From a virus (taxonomy: Duplodnaviria; Heunggongvirae; Uroviricota; Caudoviricetes), in the IMG/VR virus record IMGVR_UViG_2706794698_000009: 15,808 nt of DNA; one strand, written 5' to 3'. The position numbers and the translations under genes were made by a program. This document shows positions 15,786 to 15,808 of this stretch, piece after piece. Position 1 is the stretch's first letter, and each line of letters begins with the position of its first letter. The notes under the pieces were generated by a model. That model was not told the origin of the DNA. It searched no databases and was given only the letters and a program-made list of their open reading frames with translations.

Positions 15786-15808
15786 ATTAATATTAAATCG
15801 GATTATTT

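Overview
This window reads as a mosaic lambdoid enterobacterial prophage, running from one prophage end through the immunity region and early-right genes into the late lysis cassette. All calls are from reading the sequence and from remembered protein families; no database search was run. Left to right: a 5'-truncated, strikingly AT-rich ORF (1-488) with an HEPN-like Rx5H motif; a repeat-rich region (489-770) that may be the prophage boundary; then a tightly coupled leftward operon (771-3873) of an excisionase-like protein, two DUF551 proteins, a YfdR-type HD-domain protein, a YfdQ-like protein and a 120-aa protein. The immunity region has a cI-like HTH/S24 repressor (4589-5281), a cro-like gene (5379-5639) and three copies of a 15-bp TTGC-N7-GCAA dyad as candidate operators. 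Rightward genes are a cII-position protein, a frame-ambiguous ORF, a replication initiator with embedded 15-bp iterons, a PerC-like regulator, a Dam-type methyltransferase, a LexA N-terminal-domain-only protein, RusA, a KilA-N protein, a DUF968/HNH protein and a Q antiterminator. A near-consensus late promoter and terminator (11959-12057) precede cspF/cspB cold-shock morons, a pinholin, a SAR endolysin and Rz with embedded Rz1. Seven N-masked blocks (2403-2662, 3981-4241, 8309-8562, 13329-13510, 13917-14161, 14358-14607, 14929-15178) hide gene ends and the region just left of the leftward promoter. The best candidates for something undescribed are the AT-rich HEPN-like ORF at the boundary and the LexA-NTD-only protein.
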